64,000 bases of DNA from positions 11,220 through 75,219 of the forward strand of contig JAGPFE010000007.1 of the NCBI GenBank assembly GCA_018056705.1, in the 5' to 3' direction. The notes beneath the pieces are model-generated. The model saw only the letters and a program-made list of their open reading frames with translations, made no database searches and was not told the DNA's origin. A program made the translations under genes and the position numbers. Of this stretch, positions 9,906 through 19,745 are shown piece by piece. How positions within the stretch are numbered: position 1 is the first letter of the stretch; each line of letters starts with the position of its first letter. The stretch is from Candidatus Hydrogenedentota bacterium. Its GTDB lineage: Bacteria > Hydrogenedentota > Hydrogenedentia > Hydrogenedentales > CAITNO01.

Positions 9906-11363
9906 ATGGCAGTAGCGCGGATTGAGATTCCCCGGGTGGCGGAGCGTCCCGCCTACAAGGTCGCGGACCTGTCGCTGGCGGAGTGGGGACGCAAAGAGAT
10001 CGAAATGGCGGAGAAGGAGATGCCCGGACTGATGGCCGTGCGGGAACGCTATGCCGCGCAACAGCCCCTCAAGGGCGCGCGGATCATGGGATCACTGCAC
10101 ATGACCATTCAGACGGCGGTGCTGATCGAGACCCTGAAAGCACTTGGGGCCGAGGTGCGCTGGGCCAGTTGCAATATATTTTCCACCCAGGATCATGCCG
10201 CCGCCGCCATCGTGAAAGCGGGCGTGCCCGTGTTCGCGTGGAAGGGCGAAACCCTTGAAGAGTACTGGTGGTGTACGTGGCAGGCCATGCAGTTCGACGG
10301 TGGGCTGATGCCGAACATGATCGTGGACGACGGCGGCGACGCCACGCTGCTGATCCACCGCGGGTATGCCCTCGAGGAGCACGTGGCGAAAACCGGCTCG
10401 TTGCCGCCCGTGGCCACCGGGCATCGAGAACTCCAGATCATCGACACGCTGCTGCACGAGGTTTACCGGGAGCGACCGGGGGTGTGGCATGAAACGGTAA
10501 AGGGCTGGATTGGCGTCTCTGAAGAAACCACGACGGGGGTGCATCGGCTGTACCAGATGATGGCCGAGGGCAAACTGCTTACCCGCGCGATGAACGTTAA
10601 CGACTCGGTGACGAAATCGAAATTCGATAACCTGTATGGTTGCCGGGAATCGCTGGCCGACGGGATCAAGCGCGCGACGGACGTCATGGTGGCAGGGAAG
10701 GTCGTGGTCATCGCCGGTTACGGTGACGTGGGCAAAGGGTGCGCCCAGGCGATGCGGGGACTCGGCGCGCGCGTGATCATCACGGAAATCGATCCGATCT
10801 GCGCGCTGCAGGCCGCCATGGAAGGCTACCAGGTGATGCGGATGGACGACGCCGCGCCCATAGGGGATATCTTCGTGACGGCGACCGGTTGTTGCGATGT
10901 CATTACGGGCGAGCACATGCGGAAGATGAAGGACCAGGCCATCGTGTGCAACATCGGACATTTCGATTCCGAGATCGACGTGGCCTGGCTGGAGTCACAG
11001 CCCGATATCCGCGAAGTGAACGTGAAGCCCCAGGTGGACAAGTTCATTTTCCCGGACGGGAAAGAGATCATCCTGCTGGCCCGCGGACGGCTGGTGAATC
11101 TTGGTTGTGCCACCGGCCATCCCTCGTTCGTGATGTCCAATTCATTCACGAACCAGACCCTTGCCCAGATTGCATTGTGGACCGAGCCTGAAAAATACGA
11201 GGTCGGCAAGGTGTACACGTTGCCGAAAAAACTGGATGAAGAAGTGGCCCGCCTGCACCTGGAAAAACTGGGGGTCAGGCTGGACACGCTGACCCCCGAA
11301 CAGGCCGCCTACCTTGGCGTGCCGGTCGAAGGCCCGTACAAGCCGGAGTTTTACCGCTATTGA
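9906..11363 (+). CDS. ahcY: Adenosylhomocysteinase (S-adenosyl-L-homocysteine hydrolase)
   Basis: [40 protein letters not shown]-binding motif, C-terminal KPEFYRY. ATG at 9906 is in frame inside track ORF 9780..11363. Confidence 0.95.
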   Translation: MAVARIEIPRVAERPAYKVADLSLAEWGRKEIEMAEKEMPGLMAVRERYAAQQPLKGARIMGSLHMTIQTAVLIETLKALGAEVRWASCNIFSTQDHAAAAIVKAGVPVFAWKGETLEEYWWCTWQAMQFDGGLMPNMIVDDGGDATLLIHRGYALEEHVAKTGSLPPVATGHRELQIIDTLLHEVYRERPGVWHETVKGWIGVSEETTTGVHRLYQMMAEGKLLTRAMNVNDSVTKSKFDNLYGCRESLADGIKRATDVMVAGKVVVIAGYGDVGKGCAQAMRGLGARVIITEIDPICALQAAMEGYQVMRMDDAAPIGDIFVTATGCCDVITGEHMRKMKDQAIVCNIGHFDSEIDVAWLESQPDIREVNVKPQVDKFIFPDGKEIILLARGRLVNLGCATGHPSFVMSNSFTNQTLAQIALWTEPEKYEVGKVYTLPKKLDEEVARLHLEKLGVRLDTLTPEQAAYLGVPVEGPYKPEFYRY

Positions 11364-11395
11364 AGCGGGATCCTTGCCCCGGATCACGCGAAAAG

Positions 11396-11423
11396 CCCCC
11401 GATTACCCCGTCGGAATCGGGGG
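11396..11423. terminator. Bidirectional hairpin terminator between the convergent ahcY and minus-strand operon
   Basis: 9-bp stem CCCCCGATT / AATCGGGGG with a 10-nt loop. Flanked by AAAAG on one side and TTGATGTT on the other, so a U-tract is available on both strands. Confidence 0.6.
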
Positions 11424-11436
11424 TTGATGTTCCGGT

Positions 11437-12648
11437 TCAGCGACGGACCAGAACCACCTGGATTTCGCGGCCGAAAGCCTTTCGCAGGTCCAGTCGATAA
11501 TTCCCCGCTTCCATTTGCTGGAGAAGGTCAGCCAGTTCGACCATGCGCAGGGCCGCCCGTATCCTGATGCGGGCCAGTGCGGGCCCGGTGGACAGGATCT
11601 CAACCGCCTGTGTTTCGGGTAGTTCTCGCAGGACTGCGGCCACGGTTTCCACGGCCGTGGCGTCGGGTGGTTGCTCGATGAGTACCACCACCGCGTCCGG
11701 ATCCTCCCTTCGGGAGGCGGCGGACGACAGTGTCAGCGCGGCCACGCAGTCCGTGGTGAGTTTTGCCGCGGCGTCCTCCAGGGCGAGTTTCGCGCCTTCC
11801 GCGGGGTCCACGCTCTGAACTACCGACGTCATGCCCAGGGAATCCAGCATCTTGCCATCCTCAGTCCGGAACAGCCGGATGTTGAACACGGCTTCTTCCC
11901 GTAGGACATTTGAATCGGGATGTACGGGCTGGACACGTACGCTGCCGTCACAGGCAAGCAGGAAGGGTTGACGAGCCTGGCGGGCCAGTTTTCCGAGGGA
12001 TTCGACGCCCTCCTGGAATGCCGTCTCGATGACCCGCGCGGAGAATGGTTCCGCCCGATCGGCAAGGACGCCGGAGAAACCGAGTTGTCCCAGCGTCTCC
12101 ACCAGCCGGCGAACGGCAGGATCCAGCAGGTGTTCGGTGGAGGAGAGTGGAATGGATCCGGCGATTTCCACCGGCCCGGTGATCAGCGCGTAAGCGGGTT
12201 TTTCCGGCAGACGCGGCAGCAGGGCCGCCGCGAGATCCCGTCGCAAGGGTAGTTCACGAAGGGTGACGTCCGCTTCCAGGCGCAGGCGGTTGCCATCCCG
12301 GGTAGTCCGAAGCACGTCGGTCTGCCTGACGTAAGCCCGGGCATGCCTGAGCAGGCCACGATAAGGTTGTGGGTCCATGTCCGGCACCCACGAGCGGATC
12401 ACTTCTTCCATGGCCATCACCTCGGCCTGGTCCTGGGCCAGTTTACGCGCGACCGCGCCGTTGCCCTCCACTTCCGCCGTGATCCGGACGGTCAGCACGT
12501 CGTCAGGGGAGAGGGCGACAGCCGCCGCGTTCAGCCAGAACGGCAGACTGGCGAACACGAGCCACGCCCACCCGGAGAAAAAACATGCCGCCCGACGCGG
12601 CGGGCGGACATGACCGAAAGCCGGAATGGACGAGCGCGTCGGCGACAC
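11437..12648 (-). CDS. Hypothetical exported or membrane-anchored protein, last gene of the bactofilin operon
   Basis: 403-aa ORF with a GTG start abutting the upstream stop. N-terminal hydrophobic segment ACFFSGWAWLVFASLPFWLNAAAVA. No motif I recognise. Confidence 0.6.
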   Translation of the reverse strand: MSPTRSSIPAFGHVRPPRRAACFFSGWAWLVFASLPFWLNAAAVALSPDDVLTVRITAEVEGNGAVARKLAQDQAEVMAMEEVIRSWVPDMDPQPYRGLLRHARAYVRQTDVLRTTRDGNRLRLEADVTLRELPLRRDLAAALLPRLPEKPAYALITGPVEIAGSIPLSSTEHLLDPAVRRLVETLGQLGFSGVLADRAEPFSARVIETAFQEGVESLGKLARQARQPFLLACDGSVRVQPVHPDSNVLREEAVFNIRLFRTEDGKMLDSLGMTSVVQSVDPAEGAKLALEDAAAKLTTDCVAALTLSSAASRREDPDAVVVLIEQPPDATAVETVAAVLRELPETQAVEILSTGPALARIRIRAALRMVELADLLQQMEAGNYRLDLRKAFGREIQVVLVRR

Positions 12649-13353
12649 TTAATCGTTGCTCCGTCCCAGGCCACCGAAAATCAGCAGCAGCCGGAGCAAT
12701 TGCAGGATGGCCGCCGCGGCTGCCGCCACATAGGTCAGCGCGGCCGCACTGAGCACCGCTCGAACTCCTTTCAGTTCGTCGTCGGTCAGGTATCCACCCT
12801 GGGCCAGGGCCAATACCGCCCGACGACTGGCATCAAATTCCACGGGCAGGGTGATCAGGGTAAACATGACCGCCGCGCTGAACATCCAGATGCCGAGGTT
12901 GATCAGCCATGACCCACCCATTGGGCCAAAAATGACCCCGAGCAGGATCAGCGGAAAAGCCGCCATCGAGCCGATCGAACTGATCGGGTACACCAGTTGC
13001 CGCAACTGCATGGGGGCGTAAGCCCGCGCGTGCTGAATGGCGTGGCCGGCTTCGTGGGCGGCGATGCCAAGGGCCGCCACGGAATTCGAGTGGTAAACGC
13101 CATCCGACAGGTTCAGTTCCCGGGTGGCCGGGTTGTAGTGATCGGTCATTTCACCCGGGATCCGCCCGATACGCACCCCGCTGACGCCCGCGTTGCGCAG
13201 GACTTCCTCGGCGATGTCCCGGCCGGTCAGGCCGGAACGGGTCGCTATCCGGGAGTACCTCGCGTACGCGCCGTGGACCTTTGCCTGGGCCCACAGGGCG
13301 AACAGCAGGGCCGGAATCATCAGCAGATCGGCAGGGTGAAAGAAATAGAACAT
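12649..13353 (-). CDS. Zinc metallopeptidase, YugP/Zn_peptidase_2 family, membrane-bound
   Basis: MFYFFHPADLLMIPALLFALWAQ...VAALGIAAHEAGHAIQH (HExxH) plus C-terminal TM helices. ATG at 13353 preceded by AAGGAG. Confidence 0.85.
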   Translation of the reverse strand: MFYFFHPADLLMIPALLFALWAQAKVHGAYARYSRIATRSGLTGRDIAEEVLRNAGVSGVRIGRIPGEMTDHYNPATRELNLSDGVYHSNSVAALGIAAHEAGHAIQHARAYAPMQLRQLVYPISSIGSMAAFPLILLGVIFGPMGGSWLINLGIWMFSAAVMFTLITLPVEFDASRRAVLALAQGGYLTDDELKGVRAVLSAAALTYVAAAAAAILQLLRLLLIFGGLGRSND

Positions 13354-13358
13354 AGGCG

Positions 13359-13997
13359 TCACGCTCCTTTCTCTTCCGTTTCTGGAGCCCGGCGTTGAAC
13401 GCCCATGGCGCATTGACCGTTGAGCGTTCCTCCGTCCTCCATGTAGAGAACGTGCATTTTCAGGTTTCCGTTTACGCGTCCGGTTTTCAGGATACGTACC
13501 CGGCCCGGGGTAGTTATGTCACCCTCAACGGACCCGCTGATTTCTACCGTGCCGCCCGCCTGGACGGGCGCGCTGACGCTGCCGGTGCTCCCAATCAGCA
13601 CATCTCCAGCCGCGTGAACGGTTCCCTTTACCGAACCGTCTACCCGAACCGATTGGGCGTTTACTTTTCCCCCGACAGCCCCCGTCTTGATTACCCACAC
13701 GGTGCCTTCAGCGTTCAGATCCCCTTCAACGATGCCACCGATTTCGGCATCCGCGGATCCGATGATCGAGCCGGTAATGCGTACGCCATCGGGAATAACC
13801 ACGCGGCGAGGGCTGGCATTCCTGGAACGCCTCGAGACCATTTCCGCCATCTGTTCGGCCTCTTCCGCGATCAGGGTGGCTTCCAGCGACCTGCCACCGC
13901 CGCGGTTATTTTCCAGGGTGCGATTCAGCGACTGAAAAAAACGGCTGAACAAGCCCGCGAGTCTCTGTTCGTTCCGCTGATTCATCGCGTCTGTCAT
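13359..13997 (-). CDS. Bactofilin-family polymer-forming cytoskeletal protein
   Basis: Beta-helical repeat pattern ITGSIIGSADAEIGGIVEGDLNAEGTVWVIKTGAVGGKVNAQSVRVDGSVKGTVHAAGDVLIGSTGSV. ATG at 13997 with an upstream GGAAAGGG; an alternative GTG lies at 14018. Confidence 0.85.
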   Translation of the reverse strand: MTDAMNQRNEQRLAGLFSRFFQSLNRTLENNRGGGRSLEATLIAEEAEQMAEMVSRRSRNASPRRVVIPDGVRITGSIIGSADAEIGGIVEGDLNAEGTVWVIKTGAVGGKVNAQSVRVDGSVKGTVHAAGDVLIGSTGSVSAPVQAGGTVEISGSVEGDITTPGRVRILKTGRVNGNLKMHVLYMEDGGTLNGQCAMGVQRRAPETEEKGA

Positions 13998-14114
13998 GGT
14001 TTTCCCTTTCCGTGTCACGCGTCACGGCATTTTATAGTTGGCATTATAGGATGTTCCCCATGATGACCGGTAGCGGGCTCCCTGGATGATTACTGTGCCC
14101 GGCCAGGGCCAGGA

Positions 14115-15113
14115 TTAAATCAGGCCCAGGGAAGGATCAGCCCCCGCGCTGAGGGTTTGGGCCGCGTGTCCCGCCTGGAGACGGTAATACGCCGCGCAGG
14201 CGATCATGGCCCCATTGTCCAGGCACCAGCGGATAGCCGGCAAGAAGACTTCCACCCCCAGGTCCTGGACTCTTTCCCGGAGCAATCGATTGGCCGCGAC
14301 ACCGCCCGCGATGACCAGCCGCTCGCATCCGGTGCGCGCAAGGGCCTGTTCGGTTCGTTCCAGCAGCATGTCGATCGCCGTTTTCTGAAAACTGGCGGCC
14401 ACGTCCGCTACTGGCAGGTCGGGGTGATCCCGCAGGGCGTACAGCACGGCCGTTTTCAGCCCGCTGTAACTGAAATCCAGGCCGTCGCTGTCCCGCATCG
14501 CGCGGGGGAAGACGTACGCGTCGGGATTTCCCGTCTCGGCCGCTTTCTGGATGGAGGGGCCGCCGGGGTAAGGCAGTCCGAGCAGGCGGGCGACCTTGTC
14601 GAAGCATTCCCCCACGGCATCATCCCGGGTGGTACCCAGTATTTCATATTGGAGGGGCGCCGGACAGTACACCAGTTGCGTGTGACCACCGCTGACGATC
14701 AGGGCCAGGAAGGGAAACTCGGGGGCTTTCTCGTTCAGGAACGCCGCGTAAAGGTGTCCCTCGATATGGTGCACGGGCACGAACGGCTTGTTCCATGCCC
14801 ATGCCAGGGACCGGGCGAATCCCATGCCGACGAGCAGCGATCCCATCAGGCCCGGTCCCCGGGTTGCGGCTACGGCGTCGATCCGGTGTCGCGCGGAGGC
14901 CTGGTCCAGGCCTGCTTGGGCCAGGGTGTCCCGGGTCAACTGGTAGATCACTTCGATATGCTTTCGCGAGGCAATTTCCGGTACAACCCCGCCAAACACC
15001 TTGTGAATGTCTACCTGGGACAGCAAGGTTTCAGCGACAACCCGTCGACCGTCTTCCACCAGGGCGATGCCGGTCTCATCACAGGAAGTCTCGATGCCCA
15101 GAACTAGGCTCAT
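14115..15113 (-). CDS. tsaD: tRNA N6-adenosine threonylcarbamoyltransferase TsaD
   Basis: MSLVLGIETSCDETGIALVE, HHIEGHLY, GGVAAN motifs. Confidence 0.95.
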   Translation of the reverse strand: MSLVLGIETSCDETGIALVEDGRRVVAETLLSQVDIHKVFGGVVPEIASRKHIEVIYQLTRDTLAQAGLDQASARHRIDAVAATRGPGLMGSLLVGMGFARSLAWAWNKPFVPVHHIEGHLYAAFLNEKAPEFPFLALIVSGGHTQLVYCPAPLQYEILGTTRDDAVGECFDKVARLLGLPYPGGPSIQKAAETGNPDAYVFPRAMRDSDGLDFSYSGLKTAVLYALRDHPDLPVADVAASFQKTAIDMLLERTEQALARTGCERLVIAGGVAANRLLRERVQDLGVEVFLPAIRWCLDNGAMIACAAYYRLQAGHAAQTLSAGADPSLGLI

Positions 15114-16945
15114 GGCAAGATCTCCGACACGTGAACAAGGTCAATTTCCTGCTTGTCCAGTTCTGGCAGCCACTCTTTGAGGGCCTGAACGGTATTGGGC
15201 CGGAAGTGCCCGATGGCCAGGGCCTTGCCGTTTTTTTTCGCGAGCGCGATCAGGGCCCGAAACTGGCTGTCAATGTAGGTCCGCGTGTTCACGTGGTCCA
15301 GAAAAATTTCCCGGTTCAAGGCCGGAACGCCTTTTTCCACGGCTACGGTGTACGCCACGCTACGCGTCGTGGTCCGGCTGTCCACGAAGAACCAGCCCAG
15401 TTCGGACACGACGTCCATGAAGGCCTCCACGCCGGGACGATTCCGGGTGAAGGTGGTTCCCGTATGATTGTTGGTGCCGCAGGCCCCGGGAACCTGTTCG
15501 ACGGCCCGCAGGGTCAGTTCCCGGATGGTTTCAGCATCCATGTCCACGCGGATTTCCCCGGGAAAACATCCTTTTCCGTTCTGCATGGGCATGTGAAGCA
15601 TGATCTCGAACCCCAGTTCCGAAGCCCGCAACGCGGTTTCGGTGCCATAGGGCGTATGGGGCAGAATCGACAGCGTCAACCGGCTGTCCATGGCCAGAAT
15701 TTCTTCTGTTTCCCGGCCGCCCCATCCGCCATCGTCCAGGATGATGGCCACCCGGGGAGGGGTACCTGGAAGGAGCGTTAGATCGGCAGCGGCCTGGTCA
15801 TCCGTAGTGGGTACCGGCTCTTGCGGGGGGGCGCCCGGCGCGGTGGTCGTCGTCTCGGATGGATCAGGGGTCCAGACATCCGGACCTGGCGACACGGAAG
15901 GATCCGGAAGCGAGTCGATATTTTCCTGGTCATCGCTCTCCGGGGAGGTATAGGCGAGGCTGCCCAGCAACACCGTGGGCGGGACAAGGTTGAACAACAC
16001 GTGGCCGGTCTGTTTCAGGAACGACGTTCGCGCGTTACTCGTTGTCGCAGTATCACCGGAATCGGTGGGGGGCCCTGGCGCGGATTCAGGGGGGGAAGAG
16101 GGTGGCGTTTCGGGCGTCGGGGCGGTTTCATCTACAGCCCCCGGGGAGGCTTCGGAACCTGCGGCTGGCGCAGGTGGCTGGGCTACCAGCCGGAACACGG
16201 CACAGGGTCCCGATTTGTGGCTCATCCGGATCGCCCGATCCCCGGGGGTTGCTTCGACGACTTCGAGGTATCCATCGAAGGGAGATATGGCGTCCGCGAG
16301 GGCGTTTTCGAGTTTCAGTGGGTCAATCCCGGGCGGCAGGTGGACCGTGACCGACGTTTCCGAACTGTTGGAACGGTTCTCCGATTCCATCGTGATCGCG
16401 CCGGAAACCACGCCTACGGCCAGCATCGCCTGGCGGGCCACGTCCACGAGTTCAGCGCAATCAGGTCCACCGCCCGCGCCAGTTTCCGGGGTGACGAAAA
16501 CCGCTTCCACGAAAGGACAGCGCCCCAGGGACAAGGTTACTTTATGTTCTCGGGCATTCCCGTCCCCCGCGGATTCCACCAGGGTGACCTGTTTCCGGGC
16601 AAGGGCTTCCACCAGTAACCGCCGTAACCCTGGCCAGTTGATGGTGTCGGGAAGCAGGATTTCGTACGTTCGGACGTTGTACCGCTCCCGCCCTGAAATC
16701 ACGGTGTCTTCCCGGGCCAGGCGGATATTCTGGGCGGGGATGAAATTGTCCGCCAGCAGTTGTTCGAACTGTTCCGCGAGAGGATTTACCAGGGGCGTGA
16801 CATCGGTCGGTCGATCGCGCAGGTAGGTGGACACGGAAAACCCGAGCGCCCCGAACAGGGTAATCAGCAGGGAAAGCACGAAAATATCGCTCCATCCGAG
16901 CGGAATGGAGCGACCGTGGTCCTTGCCGTGCTCCGTGCCAGCCAT
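15110..16945 (-). CDS. Divergent polysaccharide deacetylase (YibQ-like) with an N-terminal TM anchor and a long Pro/Thr/Ser-rich linker
   Basis: C-terminal VAIILDDGGWGG...LSILPHTPYG...MLHMPMQ...GTNNHTGTTFT. The linker is rich in P, S, T and E. Confidence 0.8.
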   Translation of the reverse strand: MAGTEHGKDHGRSIPLGWSDIFVLSLLITLFGALGFSVSTYLRDRPTDVTPLVNPLAEQFEQLLADNFIPAQNIRLAREDTVISGRERYNVRTYEILLPDTINWPGLRRLLVEALARKQVTLVESAGDGNAREHKVTLSLGRCPFVEAVFVTPETGAGGGPDCAELVDVARQAMLAVGVVSGAITMESENRSNSSETSVTVHLPPGIDPLKLENALADAISPFDGYLEVVEATPGDRAIRMSHKSGPCAVFRLVAQPPAPAAGSEASPGAVDETAPTPETPPSSPPESAPGPPTDSGDTATTSNARTSFLKQTGHVLFNLVPPTVLLGSLAYTSPESDDQENIDSLPDPSVSPGPDVWTPDPSETTTTAPGAPPQEPVPTTDDQAAADLTLLPGTPPRVAIILDDGGWGGRETEEILAMDSRLTLSILPHTPYGTETALRASELGFEIMLHMPMQNGKGCFPGEIRVDMDAETIRELTLRAVEQVPGACGTNNHTGTTFTRNRPGVEAFMDVVSELGWFFVDSRTTTRSVAYTVAVEKGVPALNREIFLDHVNTRTYIDSQFRALIALAKKNGKALAIGHFRPNTVQALKEWLPELDKQEIDLVHVSEILP

Positions 16946-16958
16946 GATCAGCCCCCGG

Positions 16959-17786
16959 TTATGGATCCAAGTCTACCCATTCTACCTGTTCCAAGGGGTG
17001 CCCCCAGAAACGGGATCCCGTCCGGGCAAAAGTTTTCGGGTCGTCGGTGACCAGGAAAAGGCTTTTTCCCGGCGTGCCGACCGGTCGGGCAAGTTCCCAG
17101 TCCACCAGCACGCGCTGGGTTTCCCTGGCGGTTTCCTGGGCACTGTCCACCAGGGTTACCTCGGGCCCCATGATTGCCGCGATGACCGGGCGAAGCAGGG
17201 GATAATGGGTACAGCCCAGGACAAGCGTGTCCACGTGGCGCTGTTTCAGGCGTTCCAGGTATTGCTCCGCGATGAGGGCGGGTACCTTCCCGCGGATCCA
17301 GCCTTCTTCAGCCAGCGGCACGAAAAGTGGACAAGCCTGAAGAAACACCCGGAAGCGGGGTTTTACCTCATGGATCACCCGTTCGTAGGCACCGCTTCGG
17401 ACGGTGCCGGGCGTACCGATGACCCCGATTCTCCCGCTCCGGGTTGCCCGGAGGGCCGCGCGGGCCCCCGGTTCCACCACGCCGATGACTGGTACACGCA
17501 GGCTGGAACGCAGGGCATCCAGCGCGTACGCCGAGGCAGTGTTGCATGCCACCACCAGCAGTTTGATTCCCCTCCGGGTCAACATTTCCGCGCAATGACG
17601 GGCGTACCGGATAACCGTTTCGGGGGACTTGGTGCCATAGGGAACCCGGGCCGTGTCACCGAGATACACCAGGTCTTCTTCCGGGAGCAGGCGACGGATC
17701 TGGCGCATGACCGTGAGACCGCCAACGCCCGAATCGAAAATGCCCACCGGGCCGTGTGTATCGGCGAAAACAGCGGCGCGGGTCAT
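16959..17786 (-). CDS. murI: Glutamate racemase
   Basis: VGIFDSGVGGLTV, YLGDTARVPYG, VVACNTAS, LGCTHYPLL. Confidence 0.95.
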   Translation of the reverse strand: MTRAAVFADTHGPVGIFDSGVGGLTVMRQIRRLLPEEDLVYLGDTARVPYGTKSPETVIRYARHCAEMLTRRGIKLLVVACNTASAYALDALRSSLRVPVIGVVEPGARAALRATRSGRIGVIGTPGTVRSGAYERVIHEVKPRFRVFLQACPLFVPLAEEGWIRGKVPALIAEQYLERLKQRHVDTLVLGCTHYPLLRPVIAAIMGPEVTLVDSAQETARETQRVLVDWELARPVGTPGKSLFLVTDDPKTFARTGSRFWGHPLEQVEWVDLDP

Positions 17787-18496
17787 GGGGACGTGTCCGA
17801 AGCAGTGGTCATGGCCCCGACGTCGATGGCCTCGGATAGGTCGAGATGGGCCGGAAATTCATTTCCCGGCGAAGCCCCTTCCACCAGCACCCGCACCCGC
17901 CTTACGGTGGTTTCATCGTTGCCCCGGAGTTTTGGACTTCCGAGGGTGAGCGCGAGACAGTGGACCATCGCGGATTCCCACAGCGCGCAGCCCCCGGCGA
18001 ACGGACCGATCCGGGTGACGTCACCCGAGAAATCGATCACAATTTCTTCCTTGCCGAGTAGATAAAATCCACGGACCCGGGTTCCCGGGGGAAAGGGGCT
18101 ACGGATGGGACTGTCTTCGGGAAAGGGTTCCAGCAGGGCGTTCAGGGCCTTACGGCAGTTCATTTCGGTAACGGTAGATCCTTCGATCGTCACGGTGCGG
18201 GGCATGACGTTTCCCGTTCGCGGATCGTAACCGTAAATCTCTATGTTCCGTTGTTCCGCCTGCGAGCGATTGCCTTCCGGCGAGGCGGATGGTAGCCCCG
18301 GAGACGCGGTATTCAAGGTGACCGCTGTCGGTTGGGTCCGGTCCGGGGTTCGCGCGCCCAGGTCCACCACCTGCCAGTACAGCAGCACCGTGGTGACCGC
18401 GAGCAGGAAGGTCACCAGGGCCCACACGGCAAGGCCGAACTGCAAGATCACGCGTTTTGACCACGACGGTTCCACGTCCATACTCCGGTTGTTCAT
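17783..18496 (-). CDS. GerMN-domain protein with an N-terminal TM anchor
   Basis: Real part of track ORF 17783..18811, starting MNNRSMD; its ATGA overlaps the amidase stop. TM segment VILQFGLAVWALVTFLLAVTTVLLYW. The amidase/GerM pairing is a common arrangement. Confidence 0.7.
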   Translation of the reverse strand: MNNRSMDVEPSWSKRVILQFGLAVWALVTFLLAVTTVLLYWQVVDLGARTPDRTQPTAVTLNTASPGLPSASPEGNRSQAEQRNIEIYGYDPRTGNVMPRTVTIEGSTVTEMNCRKALNALLEPFPEDSPIRSPFPPGTRVRGFYLLGKEEIVIDFSGDVTRIGPFAGGCALWESAMVHCLALTLGSPKLRGNDETTVRRVRVLVEGASPGNEFPAHLDLSEAIDVGAMTTASDTSP

Positions 18497-19509
18497 GGTG
18501 TTCCGGCGGCCTGGATGGCCTCCGCCAGGGCCTGGATCATCGGGTCGCGTTCCGATGCGTCGGTCAGCATCCGGCGTCCCGTCTCGCTTTCCAGGCATCC
18601 GCATTCCAGTAACAGGGCAGGCGCGTCCGCCGCGCGCTGCAGCCGGAGCGGCACGGTGACCGTTCTGACGGTGTAGCCCTTTTCCTGGAGAGCCACCGCC
18701 AGCCTGTCCGTGAAAGACCGGGCTTTTTCCGCCGCGGCGTCGGCGCGGTTTCCTCCCGAACCGGGGTCCCGGACGAGTGTAATGGCGATTTCTTCCTGGC
18801 CTTCCACGCAACGTCCCACGTGCAGGCTGATCAGTACAGCGTTTTGCTGATCCTTGGACAGGGCCGCCCGCTGGGACGCCGTCATTGCCCGGTCATCGGA
18901 ACGCGTGTACAGGGCGCGCCTGCCAGCGCTGAGCAGGACCTGGCCGATTCCCTGGGCGAGTACGAGCGTCAGGTCTTTTTCCCTGGTGTCGTCGCTACCG
19001 GTCACGCCCGGATCAATGCCACCATGCCCGGGGTCCAGAACGAAGGTGTCCACCTTGAAAGGCTCGGTAGGCCCGGCCGGTGTTTCCCTGTTCTCGGGTG
19101 GGGCACTGGTGACCGCCTGCGCGGAAGGGGTGGATGCCGGAGACGCCGGCGATCCAGGTTCCTGGGGCGCGGTGCTGGGCATGGCAGGGGGTTCAGTTCT
19201 GGAGTCCGCGGTCTCTTCAGGGGGTGAGGATGGCGGCGTAACCGGCGTGATTTCCGCCCGGGAAGTGGGCGGGGCCTGGGATTCCGCGTCCGGAAGGGGT
19301 GCGAGCAGTGACTCCGGAGACTCGGGCGTTTCCGGTTCTGGTTCCGGTGTCAGCGGCTGAACGGGTTCCGTCGATAGGGTGTCGGCCGGGGGAGCCAGCG
19401 GGGTAACCGACGCTGCTTCCCGGTCCGTCTGGGACCAGGCTTTGCCCGCCGTAACCAGGAATACCGTTACCAGGCAGGTGAAACGTACGTATACCCCTGT
19501 CCGACCCAC
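18493..19509 (-). CDS. N-acetylmuramoyl-L-alanine amidase (Amidase_3) with signal peptide and Pro-rich linker
   Basis: VLDPGHGGIDPGVTG...EKDLTLVLA...ISLHV. N-terminal signal-like TCLVTVFLVTAGKAWSQ. Confidence 0.85.
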   Translation of the reverse strand: MGRTGVYVRFTCLVTVFLVTAGKAWSQTDREAASVTPLAPPADTLSTEPVQPLTPEPEPETPESPESLLAPLPDAESQAPPTSRAEITPVTPPSSPPEETADSRTEPPAMPSTAPQEPGSPASPASTPSAQAVTSAPPENRETPAGPTEPFKVDTFVLDPGHGGIDPGVTGSDDTREKDLTLVLAQGIGQVLLSAGRRALYTRSDDRAMTASQRAALSKDQQNAVLISLHVGRCVEGQEEIAITLVRDPGSGGNRADAAAEKARSFTDRLAVALQEKGYTVRTVTVPLRLQRAADAPALLLECGCLESETGRRMLTDASERDPMIQALAEAIQAAGTP

Positions 19510-19538
19510 AGGTTTTGGACCTCTTGATCGCGCCGGTG

Positions 19539-19688
19539 TTACTGGGCGCTTTTCTGCAGGTTGATGATACGCTGGCGCACGAAGATACTGTCCTTCGGGT
19601 CATGTATGCTACCCGATGGACGCGCGAAGGTCCAAATCAGGACACCTGCCAGAAAAAGTAGTAACGCCGCCAGTACGATCGCGCCCAT
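19539..19688 (-). CDS. Possible small single-pass membrane protein (49 aa)
   Basis: Below the track's 60-aa cutoff. Own translation: MGAIVLAALLLFLAGVLIWTFARPSGSIHDPKDSIFVRQRIINLQKSAQ. Same orientation as the amidase, 29 nt upstream of its start. Confidence 0.35.
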   Translation of the reverse strand: MGAIVLAALLLFLAGVLIWTFARPSGSIHDPKDSIFVRQRIINLQKSAQ

Positions 19689-19745
19689 GATGTCCCGTCG
19701 ACTCACGACCGGTTCTCCGGGCCGGCACGGCCCGTGAACATCTTA

